From an uncultured Gemmatimonadales bacterium (GTDB lineage: Bacteria > Gemmatimonadota > Gemmatimonadetes > Longimicrobiales > Longimicrobiaceae): a stretch of DNA of 64,000 bases. The stretch spans positions 3,712,001 to 3,776,000 of the forward strand of contig OY970303.1 in the NCBI GenBank assembly GCA_963716255.1, read 5' to 3'. A model generated the notes under the pieces. That model was not told the origin of the DNA. It saw only the letters and a list, made by a program, of their open reading frames with translations, and made no database searches. Position numbers and translations under genes: made by a program. How positions within the stretch are numbered: position 1 is the first letter of the stretch; each line of letters starts with the position of its first letter. Below, in pieces: positions 41,641 through 50,743 of the stretch.

Positions 41641-44295
41641 TCACGTCACCGGCAGCCAGTACGTGGCCTTGACCACGAACCGGTTGTCGCCCCGGGCGGA
41701 AAACGAGTCCCACACGTCGTCCGGCCACACCGGCGCGCCGTTGGCCTCGTCGGCGGAGCGGTCCTGCTGCCACACCACGAACAGCGTGCTCCCCGGCCGC
41801 CACTCCCACCTCACCACCGCGTTGCTGCGCAGCGACCGCACGTTGAAGTCGCGGAAGGGCACGGCGAACTCGCGGGCGCCGTCGCGCACGGTGTACGGCC
41901 CGGACGGCTGCGCCTGGGAGATGGTCGTCCCGTCCGTGCCGTAGCGGCGCAGCCCGTAGCTGCGGGCCGCGGGAAGCTCGCCGAAGTCGTGGTAGCGGCC
42001 GCTGGCGGCGAAGGGCTCGGCGTACAGCTCCAGCGTGAGGTCGGGCGAGAAGGTGTAGTTGAGGCGCACCTGGGTGAGGAAGGTGCGCTGCTCCAGCCCC
42101 GCGAACACGTAGCGCCGCCCGAAGGTGGCCGCCGCGGCCGGGTCGCCGAGCGAGGTGATGAACTGCCGGGCGTACGAGTAGCGCACGTAGTTGGGGTTCA
42201 CGGACAGCTGCCAGCGCGGCCCCGGGCGCACGGACACGCCGCCGGAGACGCGGTAGGTGGGGTCGCCCTCCTCGTTCTGCCCGTAGTAGATGCGTGCGTT
42301 CCAGCGCGTGGGGCGGCCGAAGGGGGTGATCACCTGGCCGATCGTGGCCCACTGCGAGGGATTGCCCATCAGCGGGCCGCCGCGGGTGAGGTCGTCGCTC
42401 TGCGTGCGCGGCGTGTAGAAGGTGGTGAAGTACGCTTCCCAGTAGTTGAGGAAGGTGCCCTCCAGGTCCAGGTACACGTCGCCGTCGGTGCGCACCCCGC
42501 CGTAGTTCCACCCCGCGGACGGGGACACGTACGCCGCCCAGCGGCGGAGCACCGTGCCGGGGGTCGTTTCGCGGTAGCGGAGCTGCCCGAACAGGCCCAG
42601 GTCGTCGGAGGTGGAGATGCTGCCCGCGTCGTTCAGCTCGAAGCCGGGGGACTCGGCGACGCCGCCGGCGGTCCACAGCCAGTGCCTGCCGCTGTTGCGC
42701 GCGGCCTCCACGAAGCCGGTGTAGCCGGTGAGCGAGCTGCGCGAGGGGTCCACCTCCACGTAGTCCGCGTCCGGCCGCTGGAAGTAGCGGGCGCTGGAGC
42801 GCTGCAGGCGGAGGATGGCGGAGGTGTCGCCCTCCACGTGGCTGAAGCCGAGGGCCCCGGCGATGGTGTACTCGCCGCGGCGGAAGCGCAGGTTCCAGTC
42901 GGCGCCGCCGGTGACCGCCTGGCGGTTGAGCAGCCCGGCGAGCGCGCTCCCGTCCTGCAGGTCGCGGCGGACGCCGGTGAGGATGACGCCCGCGGTGGAG
43001 GCGTCGGCCCCGAACTCCTGCTGCAGCCGCACCACCCCGAAGCCGGAGCGCGGGGTGACGCGGACCCGCCCGAACTCGCCCGTCGCCGGGTCGAAGGTGC
43101 GGGCGCTCTCCTCGTCGGTGAGGGCGGCGAGCGCGCCCAGCGAGGTGCCGGACGCCAGGCGCCCCGTGACCTTGGCGGCGCCCAGGATGGTGCTGGTGGA
43201 GGGGAGGTCGTTGTAGCGGTCTCCGTCCAGCAGGTCGCCGCGCGGCGCCGCCCCGATGCGCCGCGAGTAGAAGTAGCTGGGGCCGTTCCCCTGGAGGAGC
43301 TGGCTTCCCTCGATGAAGAAGGGGCGCTTCTCGGAGAAGAACGACTCGAAGGCGCTGAGGTTGACCTCGGCGGGGTCGGCCTCCACCTGGCCGAAGTCGG
43401 GGTTGACGGTGGCCTCCAGCGTCAGGTTGGGCCCCAGCCCCACCTTGAGGTCCGCGCCGGCGCGGGTGGTGAAGGTGCTGCCGTCGTCGAAGGGGTTCCC
43501 CGGCCCGGGCTCGGCGGTGAGGGTGGCGCCGCTGGCCACGTAGGGAAGGATCTCCAGCCGACGGGCGGGGCGGATCCCCGCGATCCCCACCAGCTCGCCC
43601 ATCCGCGACGACCACCCCTTTTCCTTGCTGGGAACGGGGATCCAGAACACGTCCTCCTGGGTGGCCGGGTTCCAGCGATCGATGTTGAGCCCCCACACCT
43701 GCTCGGCGAGGGCGTTGAAGCGCAGCTGCGAGAAGGGGATGCGCAGCTCCGCGGTCCACCCCAGCGAGTCGCGCTGAGACCGGGCCTCCCACACGGGGTC
43801 GAAGGACGCGTCCACGTCCGCCTCGTCGTCGCGGGGATGGTAGAAGTCCATGCGCGTCCCCGCGGCGCTCACCCCGAAGGAGTACGCGGTGCGGCGGTCG
43901 CGGTAGGTGTCCAGCGAGATCCACACGTGCTCCGCCTGCGAGGTGTTGTCGCGGCGGCTCACCGGCGCCTGGATCCTGGACGGGTCGCGCGAGAACATCC
44001 GCAGCCCCACGTACAGCGCGTCGGAGTCGTACAGGAAGCGCACCTCGGTGCGGTCGGTGGGGGCGGCGCCCTCGTCCGGCTGCTTCTGGAGGAAGTCGTC
44101 CAGCACGGGCGCGGCCTGCCAGGCGGCGTCGTCCACCCGGCCGTCGAGCACGGGCGGGGCGCCCTCCAGGCGCACGGCGCGGATCTGCTTGCGCGCGCCC
44201 GGCGGCTGCGCGGCCGCGGGGGCCTGCGCCCACGCCTCGGGCGCGGCGGCGAGGAGGGAAAGGGCGAAGAAAAGGGAGGCGCGGCTGGGCCGCAT
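41641..44295 (-). CDS. DUF5916 domain protein with CBM9-like domain (paralog of 13214..15916)
   Basis: GWTAELRIPFSQLRF, VNPDFGQVEADP, ILGAAKVTGR, LQRSSARYFQRPD, VKATYW. Confidence 0.85.
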   Translation of the reverse strand: MRPSRASLFFALSLLAAAPEAWAQAPAAAQPPGARKQIRAVRLEGAPPVLDGRVDDAAWQAAPVLDDFLQKQPDEGAAPTDRTEVRFLYDSDALYVGLRMFSRDPSRIQAPVSRRDNTSQAEHVWISLDTYRDRRTAYSFGVSAAGTRMDFYHPRDDEADVDASFDPVWEARSQRDSLGWTAELRIPFSQLRFNALAEQVWGLNIDRWNPATQEDVFWIPVPSKEKGWSSRMGELVGIAGIRPARRLEILPYVASGATLTAEPGPGNPFDDGSTFTTRAGADLKVGLGPNLTLEATVNPDFGQVEADPAEVNLSAFESFFSEKRPFFIEGSQLLQGNGPSYFYSRRIGAAPRGDLLDGDRYNDLPSTSTILGAAKVTGRLASGTSLGALAALTDEESARTFDPATGEFGRVRVTPRSGFGVVRLQQEFGADASTAGVILTGVRRDLQDGSALAGLLNRQAVTGGADWNLRFRRGEYTIAGALGFSHVEGDTSAILRLQRSSARYFQRPDADYVEVDPSRSSLTGYTGFVEAARNSGRHWLWTAGGVAESPGFELNDAGSISTSDDLGLFGQLRYRETTPGTVLRRWAAYVSPSAGWNYGGVRTDGDVYLDLEGTFLNYWEAYFTTFYTPRTQSDDLTRGGPLMGNPSQWATIGQVITPFGRPTRWNARIYYGQNEEGDPTYRVSGGVSVRPGPRWQLSVNPNYVRYSYARQFITSLGDPAAAATFGRRYVFAGLEQRTFLTQVRLNYTFSPDLTLELYAEPFAASGRYHDFGELPAARSYGLRRYGTDGTTISQAQPSGPYTVRDGAREFAVPFRDFNVRSLRSNAVVRWEWRPGSTLFVVWQQDRSADEANGAPVWPDDVWDSFSARGDNRFVVKATYWLPVT

Positions 44296-44358
44296 GGTAC
44301 GGCTCCTGGATGTACGGGTGAGTGAGGGGGCTACAGTGGGTACCGCGGTCGTGCGTTC

Positions 44359-47118
44359 CTACCAGCGGGCGCGTCTGTGGCCGGCGAAGCGGGCGATCAG
44401 CGCGGCCTCCCACTCCAGGCGGCGGGCCGGGTCCACGGAGTCGCCGGAGTAGCTGCGGCGGAGGCGCCCGTCCGGGCCGCGCTCCACGCGCACCCGCTGC
44501 CGGAAGCGGCCGTGCGACTCGTCCAGGACCAGGACGCCGCCGGGACGGACGTGGATGCCGCCGTCCTCGTCCACCTCCACGTTGCTGGCCTGAAGGGTGG
44601 CGTGGCGCCCGCTGTCGGTGTCGGTCCAGGACATCTCGGTGCTGGAGGAGCCGGTCCGCACGACGGTGTCGGCGGCGGGCGCGGCGGCGGCGCGCCGCGG
44701 CTGCACCCGGGCGAGGACCCGCTCGCGCTCCTGGGTCGAGGGGATCCCCCGCGCCGCGCGCAGGTAGTCCTCCCGCGCCGCGCCGGCGGCAAGGCCGCGG
44801 TCGGCGAGGGCGAGGAGGACGGCGGCGCGGTCGCTGCTGGAGCCGATGCCCTCCGCGGCGCGGACGACGCGCTGCGTGCGCGACAGGTCCATCTCCGGGC
44901 GCCGGACGGCGGCGAGGAGAAGGTCGCGCCGGTCGCCGCCGGAGGGGACCGCCTCCACGGCCCTGAACCAGGCGTCGCGCACGGCGCCGCTGCCGATCCC
45001 GAACCGCTCCACGAAGTCGTGCAGGATGCGGCTCCGGTCGCCGCTGGAGGGGATCCCGTCCAGGGCGCTCAGCAGGTCCAGCCGGGTTTCCGTGGCGAGC
45101 GCCGGGCGCGCGGCGAGCCCGAGGAGGAGGCGCGCGCGGTCCCCGGAAGACGGGATGCCGGGCGTGGCGGCGATCACCTCGCGCAGGATGGTCTGGTTGC
45201 CGCCGCTGTGCGCGGCGACCGCTTCCAGCACCGTGACGCGGTCGCCGCCGGACTCCAGGCTCCGTGCTTCGCGCAGGGCGCGGCGCAGGAGGTCCGGGGC
45301 GGCGGCGCCGCTCCCCAGCGAGGCGACGAGCTCCGCGGCCCGCTCGCCGCTGCTCGCCGGGGCGCCCACCGGCCGGCCGGGCCGCGGCGCGGCGGGGGGC
45401 GCCGGCGGGGCCGGCGCGGGCTTCATCGCCTGGAAGTACTCGGCGAGCGCCCCGGCGAGCCAGCGGCCGGCCTCGGCGTCCCAGGGACGCGCGCGGCCGT
45501 CGACCGTGAACACCCGGCGCACTCCGCCCGCCGCCGGGACGACCTCGGCGCGCCGCCGGCCGCCGGCGTCGTACAGCTCGATCACGAAGCGCCCGCCGGG
45601 GGCCACGCCCGCCACGTCGGTCCGGCCGGAATTGTAGCTCACCCGCCCGGTGGACTCCAGGCTGCCGCCGCACCCCCGGTGGTTGTGCCACGACGCCTCG
45701 CGGCGTCCGTCGTCGTCGACCTCCTCGTGGCGCGAGGCGCCGCCCGTGTCGGGGCAGCGCCCGGACGCGGCGGACGGAACAGAAGTCTCGGCAGCCGCGG
45801 CGCTCCCGTCCAGGGGTCCGGCGCTCCGGTGGAGCGCGGCGAGCTCCGCGGGCCTCCCGTGCTCTGCCGGCGCGGCCCCGGTGCGCGCGGCGGGGGCGGG
45901 GCGCACGGCGGGACCCGGCTGCGGCGGGGCGGCCTCGCCGCGGGACACGGGGCTGAGCGCCGCCAGCAGCCCCACCGCCAGCGACGCGGCCAGGAGCACG
46001 GGGACGGCGAAGCGGCGCGACACGGGGCCGCGCGGGCGCTCCTCGGCGAGCACCGCGAGCAGCCGCCCGCGGATCTGGGAGGGGCGCGCCATGGCGACCG
46101 CCGCGGCGTGCGCCGCGCGGGGCGCGCGGAGGGTGCGCGCCACCTCCAGCAGGTGGCCGGCGTAGTCGGAGGGGCGGGAGCCGGCGCGCAGAACCTGGTC
46201 GTCGCAGGCGTGCTCGCTCTCGGCGCGGAGGCGGGCGGCGGCGGCCCACACCAGCGGGTTGAACCAGTACAGCGCGCACGCCGTTTCCACGGCCAGCAGC
46301 ACGGCCCAGTCGCCGCGGCGCACGTGCGCCAGCTCGTGCAGCAGCACCGCGCGGAGCCGCGCCGCGGGCCACGCTTCCGCGCCGGCGGGGAGGAGGATGC
46401 GCGGGCGGAGCAGCCCCCAGGTCACGGGCATGTCCGCCTCGCCGCCCCGCAGCAGCAGCACGGGCCGCCGCACCCCCGCCTCCGCCCGCAGCCGCTCCAG
46501 CAGCTCGGCCAGCGGCCCGTCCATCACCCAGCGGGCGCGGCCGGCTTCGCCGCGCGTGCGCAGCACGCCCACGAGCAGCGAGCCCAGCCCCAGCAGGGCG
46601 CCCGCCGCCCACACCCCCACGAGCACCAGCGGCCAGCCCAGCGCGAGCGCGCCGTGGTGCACCCTGGCTACGGCGTGCTGCTCCCCCCACGCCGCTTCCG
46701 CGACGGGGTCGCCGGCCGCCGCGACGAGGACGGCTCCGGAGGCGGCGTCGGGGTCGGGGTCGGGCCACGGCTTCGGGTCCGGGTCGGCGGCCACCTCCAC
46801 GGTGAAGGGGATTTCCGCCTCGGGGAACTCGGGCGTTTCCAGCCCCAGGTCGTCCATCGCGGCAGCCAGAGCGTGCGCGGCCCGCGGGAGGGGCACCTCC
46901 AGCGCCGGGAGGAGCTCCGGGAGCAGGGGGAGCGCCAGGAGGCCGGCGAACGCGAGCGCCCACACCAGGTGCCGCGCGGCGGCGGAGGCGCGGCGCAGCA
47001 GCAGCGCCGCGGCGCCCGCGGCGAGGAGGAGGACGCTCCCGCGCAGCGCGGCGCGGAGCAGGGCGTCCAGCCAGGCGCCGTCGGAAAGCGCGGACGCGAC
47101 GAAGATCAGCTCCAGCAT
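44359..47118 (-). CDS. M56 family (BlaR1-like) metallopeptidase with extracellular repeat domain
   Basis: SAAARHLVW, PRILLP, VLLHELAHVRRGD, WFNPLVW, EHACDD. Confidence 0.9.
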   Translation of the reverse strand: MLELIFVASALSDGAWLDALLRAALRGSVLLLAAGAAALLLRRASAAARHLVWALAFAGLLALPLLPELLPALEVPLPRAAHALAAAMDDLGLETPEFPEAEIPFTVEVAADPDPKPWPDPDPDAASGAVLVAAAGDPVAEAAWGEQHAVARVHHGALALGWPLVLVGVWAAGALLGLGSLLVGVLRTRGEAGRARWVMDGPLAELLERLRAEAGVRRPVLLLRGGEADMPVTWGLLRPRILLPAGAEAWPAARLRAVLLHELAHVRRGDWAVLLAVETACALYWFNPLVWAAAARLRAESEHACDDQVLRAGSRPSDYAGHLLEVARTLRAPRAAHAAAVAMARPSQIRGRLLAVLAEERPRGPVSRRFAVPVLLAASLAVGLLAALSPVSRGEAAPPQPGPAVRPAPAARTGAAPAEHGRPAELAALHRSAGPLDGSAAAAETSVPSAASGRCPDTGGASRHEEVDDDGRREASWHNHRGCGGSLESTGRVSYNSGRTDVAGVAPGGRFVIELYDAGGRRRAEVVPAAGGVRRVFTVDGRARPWDAEAGRWLAGALAEYFQAMKPAPAPPAPPAAPRPGRPVGAPASSGERAAELVASLGSGAAAPDLLRRALREARSLESGGDRVTVLEAVAAHSGGNQTILREVIAATPGIPSSGDRARLLLGLAARPALATETRLDLLSALDGIPSSGDRSRILHDFVERFGIGSGAVRDAWFRAVEAVPSGGDRRDLLLAAVRRPEMDLSRTQRVVRAAEGIGSSSDRAAVLLALADRGLAAGAAREDYLRAARGIPSTQERERVLARVQPRRAAAAPAADTVVRTGSSSTEMSWTDTDSGRHATLQASNVEVDEDGGIHVRPGGVLVLDESHGRFRQRVRVERGPDGRLRRSYSGDSVDPARRLEWEAALIARFAGHRRARW

Positions 47119-47510
47119 CAGCGGCCTCCGCTGCGTGCCTGGTCGATGAGGCCGGCGAGCTCGTCGAGCTCGCGGTCGGAGAGCTGCGTGGAGGGGCTGT
47201 CCAGGAGCGCCGCGACCGCGCGCGCCGGCGAGCCCCCGAAGAAGGTGCGCACCAGCCGCTGCATGGCTCCCTCGCGGGCCTCGTCGCGCGGAACGGTGGC
47301 GGAGTACAGGTAGCGCGGCCCGTCCTGCCGGTAGGTCAGGTGTCCCTTGTCCTGGAGCTTGCGCAGCATGGCCCGCACGGCGGAGTAGCTGGGCGGATCG
47401 GGAAGGTCCGCCAGCACCTCGGCCACGGTGGCCTCGCCGCGGCGGTAGACGACGTCCATGATCTGCCGCTCGCGGCGCGCGAGGTCGGAGGCCGGGGTGG
47501 AGTGGGGCAT
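47118..47510 (-). CDS. BlaI/MecI/CopY family repressor
   Basis: LARRERQIMDVVY, PPSYSAVRAML, FFGGSPARAVAALL. Confidence 0.92.
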   Translation of the reverse strand: MPHSTPASDLARRERQIMDVVYRRGEATVAEVLADLPDPPSYSAVRAMLRKLQDKGHLTYRQDGPRYLYSATVPRDEAREGAMQRLVRTFFGGSPARAVAALLDSPSTQLSDRELDELAGLIDQARSGGR

Positions 47511-47530
47511 CGGCGGGGCGGGGTGAAGGG

Positions 47531-47568
47531 TGCTACAAAAACAGCAGAGTGCTACCAGGGTAGCACTC
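47531..47568. promoter_or_regulatory. Two tandem BlaI-type operators
   Basis: TGCTAC-AAAA-ACAGCA (imperfect) and perfect GAGTGCTAC-CAGG-GTAGCACTC, 20-58 nt upstream of blaI-like ATG; resemble the TACA-N2-TGTA family consensus. Confidence 0.65.
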
Positions 47569-47738
47569 GCCCCGCCGGCCGTCAAGAAAAATCTTTTCCG
47601 GGCCGGGGGGGGACGTGGGTGGCCGTCCTTTTCCCCGCCGCGGAATCGTTGCCCCCGGATGGATTGTCTCTTACCATGCTGTGCGAGCACTCACGCCCGC
47701 AGGGGCACGCGGGCCGGACCTCATTCCCGGAGGACATC

Positions 47739-47963
47739 ATGAGCCGTTCGTTCATCCGCCTGCGGCGGACGCTGTTCTGCGTTTCCAGCGCAGCCGTGTT
47801 CGGCATGGGGGCGACCCTGCTCGCAGCCAGCCCGCAGCAGGCGCGAGGCTATCCCTGCCTGCTCGCGAGCTCCCCGTACGTCCCGGAGGACGGCTGCTAC
47901 GGCCAGTGCCCGGTGGGTGGCGGCTACTGCGACGGCTTCAACAGGAACTGCCAGTGCTGGTAG
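47739..47963 (+). CDS. Secreted 6-Cys defensin-like peptide (74 aa)
   Basis: GGAGG RBS; basic N-terminus plus hydrophobic signal; C40-x12-C53-x3-C57-x6-C64-x6-C71-x-C73 with GGYC. Confidence 0.8.
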   Translation: MSRSFIRLRRTLFCVSSAAVFGMGATLLAASPQQARGYPCLLASSPYVPEDGCYGQCPVGGGYCDGFNRNCQCW

Positions 47964-47993
47964 GCTGAACCGGTCCCGGGCCACGCGCGCCGC

Positions 47994-48040
47994 GACGGCA
48001 GACCGGCCCCGCACTCGCCGTGCGGGGCCGGTCTGCCGTC
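47994..48040. terminator. 21-bp perfect hairpin between convergent genes
   Basis: GACGGCAGACCGGCCCCGCAC-TCGCC-GTGCGGGGCCGGTCTGCCGTC. Confidence 0.65.
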
Positions 48041-48345
48041 TACTCCAGCCGCCTCTGCGGCCTCCGGTGCGGGTCGCGCAGCTTCTTCCGCTTCCTGCCC
48101 GGTTTTTCCACGGGCGTGGCCGGCAGCGCCCGGACGCGGCGGTACTGCCGCAGGAGCATGACCCAGAAGATCCACACGCCCACCGCCGCCACCCCCGCCA
48201 GGATGGGAAAGCGGCCGTTGTAGACCCACAGCATGGCGGTGTTGATCACCTGCGCGGCCAGGATCACCCCGCCGAAGGCGAGCAGCCGCTTCTGGCGCCG
48301 GAGCGCCTCTTCCCGCGTGCGGGTGCGTCGTGTGGGAATGGCCAT
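48040..48345 (-). CDS. Small 2-TM membrane protein
   Basis: Two hydrophobic segments flanked by basic tails. Confidence 0.6.
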   Translation of the reverse strand: MAIPTRRTRTREEALRRQKRLLAFGGVILAAQVINTAMLWVYNGRFPILAGVAAVGVWIFWVMLLRQYRRVRALPATPVEKPGRKRKKLRDPHRRPQRRLE

Positions 48346-48404
48346 GGCGGAAAGATGGCGCGGCGCCGCGGGGCGGGGCAAGGGACGGCGACCCCCCTCC
48401 CCCC

Positions 48405-48532
48405 GCGTGAGGGATTCCGGCCCGGAGGGGCGAGACCCGGCGCAGTTTGCCGGGGCTCGACTCCGTTAGCCCGCGTTGTTTGCGGGCTTACGGAGCCGAA
48501 GCCCGACCCCGGCGCCAGCCGGGGGCACGCCC
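48405..48532 (-). repeat. Structured dispersed element, full copy
   Basis: Inner stem AGCCCGC/GCGGGCT. Confidence 0.95.
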
Positions 48533-48565
48533 GAACCTTGCCGTCCAAAAGCAGTTCGGACGGAC

Positions 48566-50329
48566 CTACGCAACCGCCGCCATGCGCCGCGGCGGGACGG
48601 GCACGTCGCGGGCTTCCGGACCGTCGTCCTCCACCGCGCCCCGGCCCTCCGCGTCGCCGGTGCGGAAGCGCGCCACCTCGCCGCGCAGGTCGTCCGAGAT
48701 GCGCGCCAGCTCCTGCGCCGAGGCGGCCACTTCCTCCATGGAGGCGGTGATCTCCTGGAGCGACGAGGCCGCGTCCTCCAGCGCGGCGGCGTTGCTCTGC
48801 GACTCGGACACCACGTCGCCCAGCGAGCGTGTTCCGCCCGCGCCCCCGGCCTCGGCGGCGCCCACGGAGCGCAGCGCCTCGCGGCTGGACTCGACGATGT
48901 CGCCGGCGGCGCGGGTGATGGCCTCCATGTCGCCCGCCGTCTGCTCCACCACCACCACGATCTCGCGCAGCGCCCGCCCCGCGTTGGCCGCCAGGGTGGC
49001 GCCCTCGCGCGCCTCGTCGGTGCCCTTTTCCATCACCGCCGCGGCGCGCCCCGTCACCTGCTTCATCCGCCCCAGCAGCTCGGACGCCTCCCGGGCCGAG
49101 GTGCCGGAGCGGGTGGCCAGCTTCCCCACCTCTTCGGCCACCACGGCGAAGCCGCGTCCGTGCTCGCCGGCGCGGGCCGCCTCGATGGCCGCGTTCAGCG
49201 CCAGCAGGTTGGTCTGCGAGGCGATCTCGGTGATGACGCCGGTGATGCTCCCGATCTGCTCCGAGAGCGTGCGCAGCTCGCCCATCGCACCGGCGGAGCC
49301 CAGCACCGTGCCGTGGATGCGCTCCATGCTCCCCACCGCCTCCTGGATCACCTCCGAGCCGCGCCGGGCCACGCCCACGGCGTGGTGCGAGGCGGCGGAC
49401 ACGCCGTTCCCCAGGTCGGCCACGCCCTCGATGGAGCGCACCATCCCGCCCAGCGCCGCCGCCATCTGCCGGGTGTTGCGCGACTGCTCCTGCGCGCTGG
49501 TGGCGAGCTGCGTCAGCGAGGCCGCCACCCCCTCCGCCGCCCGCGTGACGTGGTCCGTGGTGTCGGAAAAGTCGCCGGCCACCCCGGTCACCTCCGCGGC
49601 GCGGTCGCGGATGGCGCGGAAGGCGTCCGCCAGCCGCTCCGTGCTGCCGTTCAGCGCGCCCGCCGCGGCGCCCACCACGCCGCTCCCGCCGCGGGCGCGC
49701 ACCGTCAGGTCGCCCTCGCCCAGCAGCGCGGCCACGCGCATCAACTCCTCGCTCTGCCGTGTTTCGGCGGCGAGCAGCCGGGCCATGTGCACCAGCACCG
49801 CCACCTCGAACACCACCCACGCGGCGTGCACCGCGACGATGTGCCAGCCGTGGTGGTCCTGGAAGACGTGCACGGACACGCCCGCGGAGTGCAGCAGGTG
49901 GAAGACCACGTGGTGCGCGGCGGTCACCGCGGCGCCCCACACCGGCACGCGCCAGTCGCGGTACATCAGCAGGAAGGCGAGGATGGCGAAGATGTGGAAG
50001 TGCATCTCGATCATCCCGCCCGTCTGGTGGATGATCAGCGCGGACGACGCCAGCAGCGCCGCGGCGATCGTCAGCCGGGACAGGAGCGTCCCCGGGCGCA
50101 GCCGCGCGGCGCCCCAGCCCAGCGCCACGGCCGGCACGCCCCAGAGCGCGACTTCCAGCCAGGTGCCGCGCAGCGGGGCGAGCGCCGCGAACAGGACCAG
50201 GTGGACCAGGAGGAGGCGGCTGAGGATGCGGTCGGTGTCGCGGTAGCCGGCGGCCAGCAGGGGGCTGTCGGCGGCTTCCGTTGCTGCGGGCGCGGACGGG
50301 ACGGGACGGAGGGCGGGCTGCGTGGGCAT
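48566..50329 (-). CDS. Methyl-accepting chemotaxis protein with integral-membrane His-rich sensor
   Basis: [33 protein letters not shown] hairpin; [20 protein letters not shown] in TM region. Confidence 0.93.
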   Translation of the reverse strand: MPTQPALRPVPSAPAATEAADSPLLAAGYRDTDRILSRLLLVHLVLFAALAPLRGTWLEVALWGVPAVALGWGAARLRPGTLLSRLTIAAALLASSALIIHQTGGMIEMHFHIFAILAFLLMYRDWRVPVWGAAVTAAHHVVFHLLHSAGVSVHVFQDHHGWHIVAVHAAWVVFEVAVLVHMARLLAAETRQSEELMRVAALLGEGDLTVRARGGSGVVGAAAGALNGSTERLADAFRAIRDRAAEVTGVAGDFSDTTDHVTRAAEGVAASLTQLATSAQEQSRNTRQMAAALGGMVRSIEGVADLGNGVSAASHHAVGVARRGSEVIQEAVGSMERIHGTVLGSAGAMGELRTLSEQIGSITGVITEIASQTNLLALNAAIEAARAGEHGRGFAVVAEEVGKLATRSGTSAREASELLGRMKQVTGRAAAVMEKGTDEAREGATLAANAGRALREIVVVVEQTAGDMEAITRAAGDIVESSREALRSVGAAEAGGAGGTRSLGDVVSESQSNAAALEDAASSLQEITASMEEVAASAQELARISDDLRGEVARFRTGDAEGRGAVEDDGPEARDVPVPPRRMAAVA

Positions 50330-50474
50330 GCGGGGGCGCTGCGGGAGTGGGTGGCCGTGTTCAAGGGGTGCACAATCTACGAAGGAATGCGGTGCGGTGG
50401 ATGTTCCCGAACGGGAACGGCGTGGGGCGGGTTACGGCGTGTGCGGATCTTTCTGGACAGGGAGGGCCGGGTTC

Positions 50475-50603
50475 GGGCGTGCCCCCGGCTGGCGCCGGGG
50501 TCGGGCTTCGGCTCCGTAGCACACGAAACGACCGTGTGCAACGAAGTCCAGCCCGCGCAAACAGCCGCGCGGTCTCGCCCCTTCGGGCCGAAATCCCTCA
50601 CGC
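50475..50603 (+). repeat. Structured dispersed element, full copy
   Basis: Inner stem GCACACG/CGTGTGC, loop AAACGAC. Confidence 0.95.
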
Positions 50604-50743
50604 GGGCATCGCGCTGGCGTCCGCGGGAGGCCCCCTCCCCCCGACCCCATGCCCGGAGCCCGCCGGAGCGCACGCCTTTCAGAACGACGAGGGCCCCGCG
50701 GTGCCAGCCGCGGGGCCCTCGTGGACAGCGTGCTACGTCTCCG

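Noticed and set aside
41472..41672. Short ORFs translating the repeat (RDFGPKGRD..., GVPPAGAGVGLRLR..., MFAALRSRSPTPAP...)
   Set aside because: They are readings of a GC-rich palindrome in several frames; copy lengths vary by non-multiples of three and variation follows base-pairing, not codons.
50330..50470. c-di-GMP riboswitch upstream of the MCP gene
   Set aside because: Only a small hairpin is present; the GEMM GGCAAA...GAAA...GACGCAAA pattern is absent.
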